From Candidatus Omnitrophota bacterium (GTDB lineage: Bacteria > Omnitrophota > Gorgyraeia > Zapsychrales > JANLHA01), in NCBI GenBank assembly GCA_029560465.1, contig JAKQKX010000063.1:3796-67795 (forward strand): a stretch of 64,000 nt of DNA, given 5' to 3'. How positions within the stretch are numbered: position 1 is the first letter of the stretch; every line of letters starts with the position of its first letter. Positions 1-9,619 of this stretch are shown here, in pieces. Both the position numbers and the translations under genes were made by a program. The notes beneath the pieces were generated by a model. That model searched no databases and was not told the DNA's origin. It worked only from the letters and a program-made list of their open reading frames with translations.

Positions 1-1150
1 GGGGCGCCAAGGACGCACAGGTTTCCTTCAAGACGGGCAGGGAACACAGGGCGTTGCGCAAGGCCAGGAGGTCTTTGGGCTGGGTTAACCCGCAGGAGAG
101 TTTTGACAGGCACTTTTCGATATCCGGAAAACCGTTCAGCAATTCTTTCAGCCTTTTCTGGACGCCGGGTTCATTTTTTAGAAGAGTGACAGCCGCCTGC
201 CGTTCCAGAATCGCCCCCGGACTTTTAAGCGGGTGGAATAACCAGTCTCTAAGTTGCCGGCGGCCCAGCGCGCAGAGCGTCCGGTTCATGGTTTCATAAA
301 GGCTGTCCAGTTCCAGCCCGAGGGTCGCGGCTGGGGAAATATGCACGTATTGCTGGTCGGCGTACAGGGCGATCCGGTCGATGTGCTTGAGCGGCTGTTT
401 ATTCATCATGCGGAGGTATTCCAGCAGCGCACCGGCCGCGGATATCGCTGCCGGAAGATCGTCAATGCCGAACCCGGCAAGGTTTTGAACCGCGAAATGA
501 TCTTGTAATGTTTTCCGGGCCAGGTCAGGATTAAAGATCCAGTCTTCGTGAGGGCTGAGGACGACGGTGTTGGTTTTCATCAGAGGGTGGTGGATCATGT
601 CCCGTATCGTATCCGCCCGGCTTTCCGGGTAAAGGCATTCCGTGACCGGCAGGCGGGCCAGGACTTCCAGCATTTGCCGGGCCGAAGGGTATGCGTTGGC
701 CAGTATGGCGCCGGCCGCCGGGTCGATAAAAGCGATTCCGAGCGGGTCTTTGCTTTTCATCCCCGGGCTGACGCACATCAGGTAGCGGGCGTCGGACGAC
801 GCGTCGTCAAGAAATGTGCCGGACGTGATCGTGCGGATGACATCCCGCTGGACGATCCCTTGGGCCTGGGAGGGGTCTTCCAATTGTTCACAGATCGCCA
901 CTTTTTTTCCGGCCTTGATAAGACGGGCAATATATCCCTCTGCCGCGTGATAGGGGATTCCGCACATGGGGACATGACTGGCCGTGCCTTTGCCGCGGGA
1001 GGTGAGGACCAGGTCCAACAGGCGGGACGCTTCCTTGGCGTCGTCAAAAAACATTTCGTAGAAATCACCAAGGCGGAAAAAGAGAATGCAGTCCCGGTGT
1101 TGGGCTTTAATTTTGTGGTACTGCTTGAGCATCGGGGTTGCTGTTTCCAT
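1..1150 (-). CDS. mutS: DNA mismatch repair protein MutS, N-terminal ~383 aa; gene continues beyond window start
   Basis: Manual minus-strand translation from ATG at 1150: METATPMLKQYHKIKAQHRDCILFFRLGDFYEMFFDDAKEASRLLDLVLTSRGKG...GIPYHAAEGYIARLIKAGKKVAICEQ matches the MutS N-terminal mismatch-binding domain. Frame stays open to position 1. Not in ORF track because it has no stop in the window. Confidence 0.85.
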   Translation of the reverse strand, partial: METATPMLKQYHKIKAQHRDCILFFRLGDFYEMFFDDAKEASRLLDLVLTSRGKGTASHVPMCGIPYHAAEGYIARLIKAGKKVAICEQLEDPSQAQGIVQRDVIRTITSGTFLDDASSDARYLMCVSPGMKSKDPLGIAFIDPAAGAILANAYPSARQMLEVLARLPVTECLYPESRADTIRDMIHHPLMKTNTVVLSPHEDWIFNPDLARKTLQDHFAVQNLAGFGIDDLPAAISAAGALLEYLRMMNKQPLKHIDRIALYADQQYVHISPAATLGLELDSLYETMNRTLCALGRRQLRDWLFHPLKSPGAILERQAAVTLLKNEPGVQKRLKELLNGFPDIEKCLSKLSCGLTQPKDLLALRNALCSLPVLKETCASLAP

Positions 1151-1515
1151 AGGGGACAAGGGTCTAATCCGCTAAATCCGCGTGAGGCAGAATCCGTGAG
1201 CGGTCGGCGTCTTCTTCGTCGTTATTTCTGCCATGCCCAGGCTGTTTTCTGGGATATAAATCCACATAGTTATAACACAAATCTCCCTTTTGGTGAATAA
1301 AAGATTGTTAACGGTTTTAAGAAAAGACAAATAAATTTACCCGTGTGCGCCAGGCGGCTTGCGAAACAAGGGAGCCGTTGCCGTGGGTTCAGCCCCGGGC
1401 TTCCCTAACGTTTTTATAGAAAAATTTATAATTTATTGTTAACAAACAACTTAAATCTTTAAAATTCCATTTTTTTAATGGAAGTTCATGATAAAATACC
1501 ATTAATGATAGAATA

Positions 1516-1544
1516 TTGCGAAATTTCCGCATAAATGTTATACT
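1516..1544 (+). promoter_or_regulatory. Putative sigma70-type promoter (TTGCGA-17 nt-TATACT) in AT-rich divergent region between mutS and the 1601 gene
   Basis: -35-like TTGCGA at 1516-1521, 17-nt spacer, -10-like TATACT at 1539-1544. The 300-bp intergenic region is very AT-rich and also carries the palindrome TTCCATTTTTTTAATGGAA (about 1466-1486). Confidence 0.25.
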
Positions 1545-1600
1545 TATAACACTAATAGTATTATTATTCCGTCAATAATCCATAAAAAAGAGGGGCAATA

Positions 1601-3196
1601 ATGATAAGGCTAAAAACAGGGGTTAGTCTGATTTTTGTGTTGTGTCTTTTTCTTGCGCTGAATCCGTTGGCCAGTGCTTATGAAAGCAGTCTGATTGCCG
1701 ATCACCTGGTGATGGAGGGGAAGAATTATTATGCCTCCGGTGATTATGCCCGCGCCATTCATGAATTAAGCAAAGCCCTGCTGATCGACCCTCATAACGC
1801 TGAAGCCCAGTACTATTTAAATCAGCTGGGCGCGGCGGCGGGGGTGTTGCTGGGCCGCGGCAGCTCCTCCATGAGCCAAATGGCCCACATGTCCAGGAAT
1901 TTGGAGTGGTATAAAGCCGAATTAGCTAAAACGGAAAGAGATAATATTGAAAAGGCGCGTCTGACTCAAGCGCTGGAAGCCGAGAAAGAGAGGTTGAACC
2001 AAAAGCTCGTCAATAGAGAGAAAGAGAACAAGGTTTTGCAGCAGAAGATCGGCGATGTGCAGTCGCATTTCCGTAAGAAAGCCAGCCAGGACCGGGCCAT
2101 GATCAACGATTTGGAAAAGATCACTGCTCAAAAAGAGAGAGAGATCGCCTGCCTGAATGATGAGCTGTGCACGCTGGAAGAGACGTTATTGACCAAAGTG
2201 GAGTTGGTCGAAGAGCAGGACAAAGAGATTAAAGATCTCGCCCGGAACATACAGGAAGTTAAAAAAGTGTCTCAACAGCGCGCGGCGGAAGATCAGGTGC
2301 TTATTAAGAGTATCGAAGCCGCTTCGGAACATAAGAGTAAAGAAATTGCCAAGCTAAGCACGGATTTGGTAGAAACGAAAGGCCAGTTGGCAACCAGCAA
2401 GCAGACGCTCACGGAACAGGATAAAAGGATGAAAGAACTTGCCGATGAAATCAGCTCCCTGGAAAAAGAGCTGAACACGACAGAGAAGCGCTGGGAAAGC
2501 ACGAAAGTGGATTACGAGAAGACGATTCAAAACCTGGAAGAGGAGATTGTGCATAGCAAGACACAGTTCTCGGCGACGGATAAACAGTACAGCCAGAAGA
2601 TAAAGAATCTGCAGGGCGCTTTGCGGGAGAAGAGGAACGAGCTTAAGGCCAAGGAGAACCGTTTGATCGCCACGAATTATAAATTGGAAATGACGCAACA
2701 GGCCTTGGAAGCGAAGAACCAGGTCATAGGACAGTTGCGTAAATCCCTCTTGGCTTTGGAACAGGAGCTTGTGCATGTGCAGGCCCGTAATCAGAATGAG
2801 GTCCTTGCCAAAGAGTCCGGGAAAAACGTTTCTAAAGGGGATCAGGAACGGATTGATTTTATCCGTAAGCAGGATCAGTCGATCCTGGATTTGAAGCAGA
2901 AACTCGCGGACGCCCGTCAGGAAATTCGAAAGATTGAAAAGAGCACGGGAGAGAGCGATGTCAAGAAGCTGCTGGACCTTAAAGAACAGTTAACTATCGT
3001 GAAATTACAGCTTCAGGATCAGGGCGCCCAAACATCTCAAAACAGGGAGCAGTATGATCTTTTAAAAAGCCGGTTGGTGGACACGGAAAAACGTCTTGAG
3101 GTTTTGGTCCAGATTTCCCGGGACAAAGATATTCAGGTCAAAGAAATTGAGCGGCAGTTGTCAGAGGTCCTGACACAGGGTCGGGTTAATTTCTAA
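1601..3196 (+). CDS. Secreted protein with N-terminal TPR-like segment and long coiled-coil region
   Basis: Signal peptide MIRLKTGVSLIFVLCLFLALNPLASAYE, TPR-like NYYASGDYARAIHELSKALLIDPHNAEAQYYL, then about 400 aa of E/K/Q/L-rich heptad-like sequence. RBS-like AAGAGGGG upstream. Confidence 0.7.
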   Translation: MIRLKTGVSLIFVLCLFLALNPLASAYESSLIADHLVMEGKNYYASGDYARAIHELSKALLIDPHNAEAQYYLNQLGAAAGVLLGRGSSSMSQMAHMSRNLEWYKAELAKTERDNIEKARLTQALEAEKERLNQKLVNREKENKVLQQKIGDVQSHFRKKASQDRAMINDLEKITAQKEREIACLNDELCTLEETLLTKVELVEEQDKEIKDLARNIQEVKKVSQQRAAEDQVLIKSIEAASEHKSKEIAKLSTDLVETKGQLATSKQTLTEQDKRMKELADEISSLEKELNTTEKRWESTKVDYEKTIQNLEEEIVHSKTQFSATDKQYSQKIKNLQGALREKRNELKAKENRLIATNYKLEMTQQALEAKNQVIGQLRKSLLALEQELVHVQARNQNEVLAKESGKNVSKGDQERIDFIRKQDQSILDLKQKLADARQEIRKIEKSTGESDVKKLLDLKEQLTIVKLQLQDQGAQTSQNREQYDLLKSRLVDTEKRLEVLVQISRDKDIQVKEIERQLSEVLTQGRVNF

Positions 3197-3250
3197 CGAA
3201 AATTTTGCTGCCTTGGAATTCTTTTGGAAGCGGCCGGGGTTTTTTTTGAA

Positions 3251-3274
3251 GCAACCCGAAAGGGTTGCTTTTTT
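3251..3274 (+). terminator. Rho-independent terminator after the coiled-coil gene
   Basis: GCAACCC-GAAA-GGGTTGC hairpin followed by TTTTTT. Confidence 0.7.
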
Positions 3275-4176
3275 CAATCAAAGGGCCGGTTATAAAAAAT
3301 CCATCCATATCAACAAAAATTATAAAGAGATATGGAATGTTCGTTGGCAATCATGGCTTCTATGATACAATAACGTATCCGTGCCCAGAGCACTGTGACA
3401 AAATTATGCTGAACCGTAAAATTATTTTTGACCAAATAACGGCTTTGCTTGAAAAAAAAGTGACACCCGAAGAGATGTACGGGTGGGCTCTCGGGGTCGT
3501 TGTCACGCAGGAATATGAAAAAAGTATCCAGGAGGACCCTCTTATTCATACGGTGCTTGAAGACCTTATGAATATCGCCCAGGGGTCTGTGAATCGGCGC
3601 CCTTCGGAGGATTTGCTGGATTATTACCGGCGGTGCCTCGCCGGGCAGGATGATTATGACTCCAAGATGGCCTCATCACTGTCGAGCAAAGCATACGCGC
3701 GCTTAAAGGGCGCGGAATCCGACGAGCCCTCCTTCGCCGGGCTGAACCGGGGCCTCAAGAAATCCTACAAGAGATCCAAACGGGGGTTCCTGATTTTTTT
3801 GAGAGCGTATGTTTATTTCTTCGCCATTTGCATTATCGCTATTCATCTCGCCTCCATGTTATCTCCGGACCTGGTGGATTATGATGGTTCCGGGAACACC
3901 AATCGGTATATTATGACGGAAGCCATCCCTCACGTGACGTACGCGTTTATTCTCCTGGTGCCGTTCCACTGGCTTGTCAGAAACCAGTGGCTTTTTTTTT
4001 CCTTGCCCGCCATGATCTTCGGGGCTTTTTATTATTGGCGGGTTTCGATCGAATTGATTATTAAGCTGTCGCTTCATCAGTTTTTTATTTTGGTCATTTT
4101 GCCTTTCGGCGCTATCCCGGCCACGGTCGCATTGGTGTTGCTGCTGGTTGAATGGAAACGCACCCGAAGGAGGTAG
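3265..4176 (+). CDS. Hypothetical membrane protein (soluble N-terminal half, 3-4 C-terminal TM helices); start may be the internal ATG near 3337
   Basis: ORF track. Hydrophobic C-terminal segments FLIFLRAYVYFFAICIIAIHLASML and ILVILPFGAIPATVALVLLLV. The listed start overlaps the upstream terminator, so a downstream start is likely. Confidence 0.45.
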   Translation: MLFSIKGPVIKNPSISTKIIKRYGMFVGNHGFYDTITYPCPEHCDKIMLNRKIIFDQITALLEKKVTPEEMYGWALGVVVTQEYEKSIQEDPLIHTVLEDLMNIAQGSVNRRPSEDLLDYYRRCLAGQDDYDSKMASSLSSKAYARLKGAESDEPSFAGLNRGLKKSYKRSKRGFLIFLRAYVYFFAICIIAIHLASMLSPDLVDYDGSGNTNRYIMTEAIPHVTYAFILLVPFHWLVRNQWLFFSLPAMIFGAFYYWRVSIELIIKLSLHQFFILVILPFGAIPATVALVLLLVEWKRTRRR

Positions 4177-4265
4177 GGAGCACTCATTTCGGCGCGGCGA
4201 ATTTTCCCGACGAAAGATCTTTCAGGATGGGTTTCTTGGGTATTTCTGATTTGGCTTGAGAATTA

Positions 4266-4826
4266 TTGATTTCAAAAGACATGAGGTCGCGCTGGTTTTG
4301 CGCGCAGCCAGCACAACAAGGGATAAGGCTTTTTGCCTTTATGGACTATTTTGAAGAACAATCGCAGAAGGGCAGCCCCCGGGGCATTTATACGGTTGGT
4401 TTATGGCTTTTGATATCAACCGCCCCAGGTCTTTATTGGTCTTATCAGATGGGAGAAAAGTTGGTCTTTTCCCATTTAACTCCTGTCATAGCGGCGTATA
4501 CTATCGTGGCGGTTATCTGCGGGGCGGGCCTGTTTTTTAAACGGGAGTGGGCCAGAAAGGGGGCGGTGTGGCTGTTATCTATGCTGTTTATTTGGGCCCT
4601 TGTGGTTATTTACTGGCTCCTTGGGCCATCGATCAAGCCCCTGGCTTTCTGGCTGACCGATTACGTGGCGCTTGAGCAGGGCGTGATCCAGAACATTTTG
4701 TTCACGTTGTTCATTGCTTATATTCTCTGGCCGGTTATGGCTATTTTTTATTTAACATATCCCGGCGTCAAGATGCAATTTCGGAAGAATCCGCCCCCAA
4801 GAAGCGTTAAGAAGAAAATAATATAA
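4266..4826 (+). CDS. Hypothetical polytopic membrane protein
   Basis: ORF track; multiple hydrophobic helices; start uncertain. Confidence 0.45.
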   Translation: MISKDMRSRWFCAQPAQQGIRLFAFMDYFEEQSQKGSPRGIYTVGLWLLISTAPGLYWSYQMGEKLVFSHLTPVIAAYTIVAVICGAGLFFKREWARKGAVWLLSMLFIWALVVIYWLLGPSIKPLAFWLTDYVALEQGVIQNILFTLFIAYILWPVMAIFYLTYPGVKMQFRKNPPPRSVKKKII

Positions 4827-4885
4827 GAATAAAATAATATAAGAATAAAAGATCTCCGGAGTATGTCTACACAAAGGGAGGGGTT

Positions 4886-5263
4886 ATGAGCAAGAAGATT
4901 TTGGTGACCGATGATAATAAAAGGATCACGGATCTGCTTGGGAAGATGCTTTCCATGAAAGGATACGAAGTCCTGACGGCCGAATCCGGTCAGGAAGCCA
5001 TCATGAAAGCCCAGAGTTTTGCTCCGGATCTTGTGATTATGGATCTCATGCTTCCGGACATGCAGGGGTCTGATGTGGTCCGTGAGCTCAAGAGCCAGCC
5101 ATCGTGCGCGGCGATCCCGGTTATCTTTTTGTCTGGCATTGCGGAAGATACGGATTCCGGCGCGTGCTCTACGCTGCAGGTTGACGGCGTTATCTATAAG
5201 TCTTTTGCCAAACCTTTTGACATGGATAAGTTTTCCAGGGAGATCGCGCGGGTCCTTTCCTGA
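4886..5263 (+). CDS. Single-domain response regulator (CheY-like receiver)
   Basis: KILVTDDN...DLVIMDLMLPDMQG...IPVIFLSG...K receiver signature with phospho-acceptor Asp context; strong RBS AAAGGGAGGGG. Confidence 0.85.
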   Translation: MSKKILVTDDNKRITDLLGKMLSMKGYEVLTAESGQEAIMKAQSFAPDLVIMDLMLPDMQGSDVVRELKSQPSCAAIPVIFLSGIAEDTDSGACSTLQVDGVIYKSFAKPFDMDKFSREIARVLS

Positions 5264-5266
5264 TGT

Positions 5267-5599
5267 TTATTGAACCAGGACAGGGCTCTTCAGCGGGGTT
5301 TCATAGGTTTTTGAGGGATTCTTTTCAGCCAGGTTCCTTGGGGCCGGGGATGTCGGCTTGAGCTGTTTGACCGGAGCCAGAAGATCATTCTCTGGGTCTA
5401 TGACGACGGGTCGGGCCGTGTTTTCGGCGATTTGACCGGACACAATTTGAGTCTTTTCCGGAACGGCTGTTTGGGGCACATCCGGTGTTTGCATGGCTTG
5501 GATGAGCTGATAATTGTATAAACTAATCATGACAATCCCGCCGAGCACAATGAGTCCGCTGAAACCGAGTAAAATTTTAGTGAATGAGTGTCCTGTCAT
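5267..5599 (-). CDS. Small membrane-anchored protein, last gene of the minor-pilin operon
   Basis: One N-terminal TM helix (ILLGFSGLIVLGGIVMISLY). Its ATG overlaps the stop of the upstream PilX-like gene as ATGA, which suggests translational coupling. Confidence 0.5.
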   Translation of the reverse strand: MTGHSFTKILLGFSGLIVLGGIVMISLYNYQLIQAMQTPDVPQTAVPEKTQIVSGQIAENTARPVVIDPENDLLAPVKQLKPTSPAPRNLAEKNPSKTYETPLKSPVLVQ

Positions 5600-7299
5600 T
5601 CCCCCTCCTGCCAGACCATGCGGTCGGTGATATCATTTGTAAAGGCAATAAATGTGTTGAGCGTCGGGAAATAAGGCGGGGCGGTCCCGACCAGCATCCT
5701 TTCATCATAAATGAAGTTCCGGCCGTACCCGGAGATTTGCTGTCCGGTAGAGCCGTTAAATAATCCGAATGCCCCGTAGTCATCCGTGACCACCCCGCCT
5801 AAAAGGGTGGCCGTCCCCCGGGGGCCAACCCCGGAGTCGTCGTAACTGTCAACTTGGAAAATTCCGTTTTGCGCCAGGACCGTCCCGTGCACCTGAATGT
5901 TGTCAGGGGCCGAGGTTCCGATCCTGATGTCGCCCTCCCAGGTCACCAGGCCCAGAAGATTGTTCGTTCCCGCGGCTGACGGCGGGATATATCCGGCATC
6001 ACCGGGATTCCCGACTGCGGGGGTATAATCGGAATAGACCAGGTTGTCCGTGATTTTAATATCATCTTTTCCCGATATCGTGACCGTGCTGTTGGCCGCC
6101 ACGGTGCCTTTGAGGCTGGCGACGTTCCCGTTCACATGAATGATCGTCCCGGAGTCGTCTAACCCGTCCGGAAGGCCTGTGTATGTCTGGCTGGTCCCGG
6201 CGACTAAGTCCTCCACGGTTGTCTGGTTGTTGGCCGCGTCGGTCGTGACGCGTATGGTTGTGCCGCCCTGTGTCAAGGTATAGACCTGGTTGTTGCCGCT
6301 CACGGACAGGATAACGGACGAAGCGTTTCCTCGGACATAGATCCCTCCCGTGAGGTTGCTGCCGTCATTGGGCACGTAAATTCCATCGGTGCCGAACGTC
6401 TGGCCCCCCAAGGCCTGATCAACGACATCCTGCTGCTGGGTGGCCAGGTTCAGGGAAATCGTCCCGGCGTTCCGGTTGAATCCATTATTAAAAGTTGGAA
6501 TATCGTATGTGCCGTTGGAATCAGCATTGAGGAGGACCGGCGAACCCTGGTTGTAAAAACGGGCGGTTTGTTTGTCCTGGGAGGCGATATCTTCAAAGGT
6601 CCCGCTGGGGTTAAGGGCGAAATTAAAGCGGTCATTCGTGTGCACCGGCCCGGCGAAATTTGTTTTGTCTGTGAACCAGACCTGGCTCCCGGTAGGGGTG
6701 TTTTGCGTGTTCGTGAAGAGCGCGAATTTTGCGAAATTATCTTTCTGGACCCTGACCGTGAAGTCGCCGCTTAGCATAATGGTGTTGGAAGCGCCTCCGG
6801 CGGTCCCGGTTGTCATTACCCGGTAGCTATAGGGGAAGTCCCAGGCGTCCGTCCCGGCGGCGACAGGGTCGGTCTTTTCTGTCATGATGATCATGTATTG
6901 ATAGCTGTTTTGCCCCAAGGATCCGGTGTGGTTGTATTCCGCTTGCTCGCCGTTATGGGACAAGACCGGAGAATTGTTATGCCGGACCGTGTTTAAAAGC
7001 CAGCCAAGCCCGTCCCCGGAGGAAACTTTATTGGAGGCGAAATTGATGACCCCGCTTGGGTTCGCGTTGGCGATCGTGTTGCGAAGGTAATTGTTGATAA
7101 GAATATCCAGCTGATGCAGGGCTTGCTGGTTCCCTCCCTGGGCGGCTAAAGACGCTTCCGCCATGTCCCGTTCCGCCCGGGCTTCTTTGTTCTCTTGGGC
7201 GGCCCGGAGCACAAAGATTCCGCTTGTCCCCATCAGTATAACCATAAACATCAGGGTGATCGCCATGGCAACGCCTTTATTGTTACGGATATTCGTCAT
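5596..7299 (-). CDS. Large PilX-N-domain protein (type IV pilus minor pilin/tip-associated protein), 567 aa
   Basis: N-terminus MTNIRNNKGVAMAITLMFMVILMGTSGIFVLRAAQENKEARAERDMAEASLAAQ matches the PilX N-terminal domain pattern (hydrophobic helix, then charged helix). The remainder is G/T/N/S-rich and beta-like. RBS AAGGAA upstream. Confidence 0.7.
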   Translation of the reverse strand: MTNIRNNKGVAMAITLMFMVILMGTSGIFVLRAAQENKEARAERDMAEASLAAQGGNQQALHQLDILINNYLRNTIANANPSGVINFASNKVSSGDGLGWLLNTVRHNNSPVLSHNGEQAEYNHTGSLGQNSYQYMIIMTEKTDPVAAGTDAWDFPYSYRVMTTGTAGGASNTIMLSGDFTVRVQKDNFAKFALFTNTQNTPTGSQVWFTDKTNFAGPVHTNDRFNFALNPSGTFEDIASQDKQTARFYNQGSPVLLNADSNGTYDIPTFNNGFNRNAGTISLNLATQQQDVVDQALGGQTFGTDGIYVPNDGSNLTGGIYVRGNASSVILSVSGNNQVYTLTQGGTTIRVTTDAANNQTTVEDLVAGTSQTYTGLPDGLDDSGTIIHVNGNVASLKGTVAANSTVTISGKDDIKITDNLVYSDYTPAVGNPGDAGYIPPSAAGTNNLLGLVTWEGDIRIGTSAPDNIQVHGTVLAQNGIFQVDSYDDSGVGPRGTATLLGGVVTDDYGAFGLFNGSTGQQISGYGRNFIYDERMLVGTAPPYFPTLNTFIAFTNDITDRMVWQEGE

Positions 7300-7303
7300 G
7301 ATT

Positions 7304-8080
7304 TTAGTTTTTATTCCTTAATAAGACGTCCAGGCTTCCTTCCAGCGGAAGTGTCCCGAAAGGAGGGGCCTTACGTTCAAGCTGGACGTTTAGGGTTACA
7401 ATGGTTTGCGCGCCGTTTAAGCTAACCTGAAAATCAGAAATGTTCTGGGCAAAAATATCTGAATGAATGACGGCGTTGGAGCTGTCCAGGACCTGCCGTA
7501 ATAATTGTCCGCTCGCATTGATCGCATATTCGATGGTCCGGTTATTGTAAACGGAGGTGTCGCACGCGGAGCAGTCCCCCAGGCGGTCGCCGTGCGCCAG
7601 ATGCGCCTTGACGGCGTTGACCGACACTTCGATGGTCTGTTCATTGCTCGGATTGCCGGGAGGAAGGTGGCAAATCGTGACCTTGTTGTTCCCGTTCAAC
7701 GGATAATTGGACCCGCAGCCGGTCTTAAGCCAGGTGACCGGCGCTCCCCAGAACCGGATGGCCCCGTTTTCATCTATAGCCTGCGCCCCGCAGACGCAGA
7801 TCGGAATAGAGAAGCGTAAAATGTCCGACCCGTTGACGCCGGCCCCATCCTGGATGGATACTTTTAAATTGTTGCTGCTGTCCTCTCCCGATTGTTGAAG
7901 TTCGCTGGCAATCCGCTGTAAAGCCCGCCGCAGGTTTTGCTGCATCTGGATTTTCGCGTCGGTCACTGACCAGGCGTTGTTCCCGGCGATAAAAAGGAGG
8001 AAGCCCGCCAGCGTAATCATCGAGAAGATGGCGACCGCAACCAGCATTTCCACCATAGAGAACCCTTTTTGCGATTTCAT
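7304..8080 (-). CDS. Type IV pilin-like protein (PilW/minor pseudopilin-like) with prepilin N-terminal methylation motif
   Basis: MKSQKG/FSMVEMLVAVAIFSMITLAGF is a class III signal peptide (cleavage after G, Glu at +5). RBS AAGGA. Confidence 0.8.
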   Translation of the reverse strand: MKSQKGFSMVEMLVAVAIFSMITLAGFLLFIAGNNAWSVTDAKIQMQQNLRRALQRIASELQQSGEDSSNNLKVSIQDGAGVNGSDILRFSIPICVCGAQAIDENGAIRFWGAPVTWLKTGCGSNYPLNGNNKVTICHLPPGNPSNEQTIEVSVNAVKAHLAHGDRLGDCSACDTSVYNNRTIEYAINASGQLLRQVLDSSNAVIHSDIFAQNISDFQVSLNGAQTIVTLNVQLERKAPPFGTLPLEGSLDVLLRNKN

Positions 8081-8091
8081 GAGTAATCCTT

Positions 8092-8553
8092 TTATAAATT
8101 GACCCTCACCGAGGCCAACTGCACGGCGGAATCCAATATGCCGTTATTGTTGATGTCTTCCCCGGCATCAATTTGTCCGTCCAGATCAAGGTCTTCTCCG
8201 ACCACCCGCCCTGTCCGCTCCCGCCAGGAAAAAGACGCGGTGATCTCCAGCAGGTCCGGGTTTGAATCGTCAATATACACAACGCCCTTCCCATTTAAGT
8301 CCGGGGCCGTAAATGTGGTGTTGTTAAAAGTGCTGTGCACTTGCGTGAAAGAGGTGTTTTCTATTTCCGCCATTTTATTTTTACACGCTAAAACCGCCAT
8401 GGATGAATGGCGGGCCATTTCGCTGAGTTCCATGCATTTAATAAAGGAAAGGATCGTGCCCATAAACAAAGGAAGCAGGATAACGGTGGTAATTAGCAGC
8501 TCAGGAAGGGTGAGGCCCTTGTGAGCGTTAAATCTGGTTCTTCTGATACGCAT
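8092..8553 (-). CDS. Type IV pilin-like protein (PilV/FimT/GspH-like minor pilin) with prepilin motif
   Basis: ..MRIRRTRFNAHKG/LTLPELLITTVILLPLF prepilin motif. Start placed at the internal ATG (8553), which gives a 13-aa leader and an AAGGA RBS. The ORF track start is 8586. Confidence 0.7.
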   Translation of the reverse strand: MRIRRTRFNAHKGLTLPELLITTVILLPLFMGTILSFIKCMELSEMARHSSMAVLACKNKMAEIENTSFTQVHSTFNNTTFTAPDLNGKGVVYIDDSNPDLLEITASFSWRERTGRVVGEDLDLDGQIDAGEDINNNGILDSAVQLASVRVNL

Positions 8554-8957
8554 CGGATCGTCCTTGTTAATGATGCTTAAAACCATAACTCATCAATGGC
8601 CCCAGTTAGTTAAAGTATAAAATATTTGCGTCATGAAAGCAAAAGTTCTTTGCAGTTTATCAGAAACGTGAAATCGTCCCGCCGGAGGCCTTGTCGACGG
8701 GCGGATGTTAAACAGGAAGCCGGGGGTATTCAGGAGGCCGGAGGGAAGAGTCCTCCTGGTTGGGGTTTGGGGGTTAAACCAAGGATCCGGGAGCGGGTTC
8801 CCGGGCATTAAAAAATAGAGAATGCCTTGCCCGCCCATTTTTTTAAGATTAAAATATTGTCAGTTTTAAGGTTACATGAAAACCTGGAAACAAGAGTGTG
8901 TTATAAATCAGCAACGCGTAAGAATATTAATAATAGTTTTGATTTTAAGGAGGCGGT

Positions 8958-9197
8958 ATGCCAGCCGGGGTTGTTAACTTGTGCGGAAAAATATGCCCGT
9001 TCCCGATTTTTATTATTATAGGGCAGGTTGACAAAATGAAGCCGGGTGATTCTTTGTCCTTCCTGGTTGATGATCCTTTGGTATTAAAATCAGCTCCGGA
9101 GGAACTGGAAGATTATGCCGGGATAACCCACAGCATTAAGCCGGTTCAGGAGGGTTGGATTATTTCTATTAATATGGAGTCAGATGGGGGACGATAA
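8958..9197 (+). CDS. TusA-like sulfurtransferase / sulfur-carrier (SirA/YedF/YeeD family)
   Basis: Conserved Cys in LCGKICPFPI (CPxP-like), VDDP...EGWIISI two-layer sandwich pattern; strong RBS AAGGAGG; immediately upstream of the YeeE/YedE genes. Confidence 0.7.
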   Translation: MPAGVVNLCGKICPFPIFIIIGQVDKMKPGDSLSFLVDDPLVLKSAPEELEDYAGITHSIKPVQEGWIISINMESDGGR

Positions 9198-9199
9198 GC

Positions 9200-9616
9200 A
9201 TGAAAAACTGGACAGATAACCGGGCTCTGATGGTTGCCGGGTTTGCGGCGCTTAACGTGGTCATGTATTTGACGATCAAAAAATTCTGGATCGGGGGAAG
9301 CAGCTTTTTGCCGATGATCGGCAAGCCGGGACCCGATAACAAATTTTTATTTTCCTTTATTGTTAACCTCGGCGTGATCGCCGGGGCTTTCCTGGGGGCG
9401 GTCAGCAGCGGTGAGTTCCGCCTGCGCCTGCCGCAGAATTTTTCCCGGTCTATCATCGGAGGCATTTTGATCGGCGTCGGCGTCACCCTGGCGCCGGGAA
9501 CCTGCACGACAGCGTTTGTAACAGGCATCCCGATGCTGTCTGTCGCGTCTTTCCTTTCCGCCGCCGGAATATTTATCGGCGCTTTCATGGTGTATGGTCT
9601 AACCTGGAGGAGGTGA
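9200..9616 (+). CDS. YeeE/YedE family sulfur-transport membrane protein, first half
   Basis: Membrane protein with IGGILIGVGVTLAPGTCTT motif (Gly-rich loop plus Cys typical of the YeeE/YedE thiosulfate-transporter repeat). Confidence 0.7.
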   Translation: MKNWTDNRALMVAGFAALNVVMYLTIKKFWIGGSSFLPMIGKPGPDNKFLFSFIVNLGVIAGAFLGAVSSGEFRLRLPQNFSRSIIGGILIGVGVTLAPGTCTTAFVTGIPMLSVASFLSAAGIFIGAFMVYGLTWRR

Positions 9617-9619
9617 CCT

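Noticed and set aside
548-1300. 250-aa plus-strand ORF (and neighbouring 81-97-aa ORFs) at the window start
   Set aside because: R/G-rich low-complexity translation lying antisense or out of frame to a clearly recognisable mutS reading frame on the minus strand
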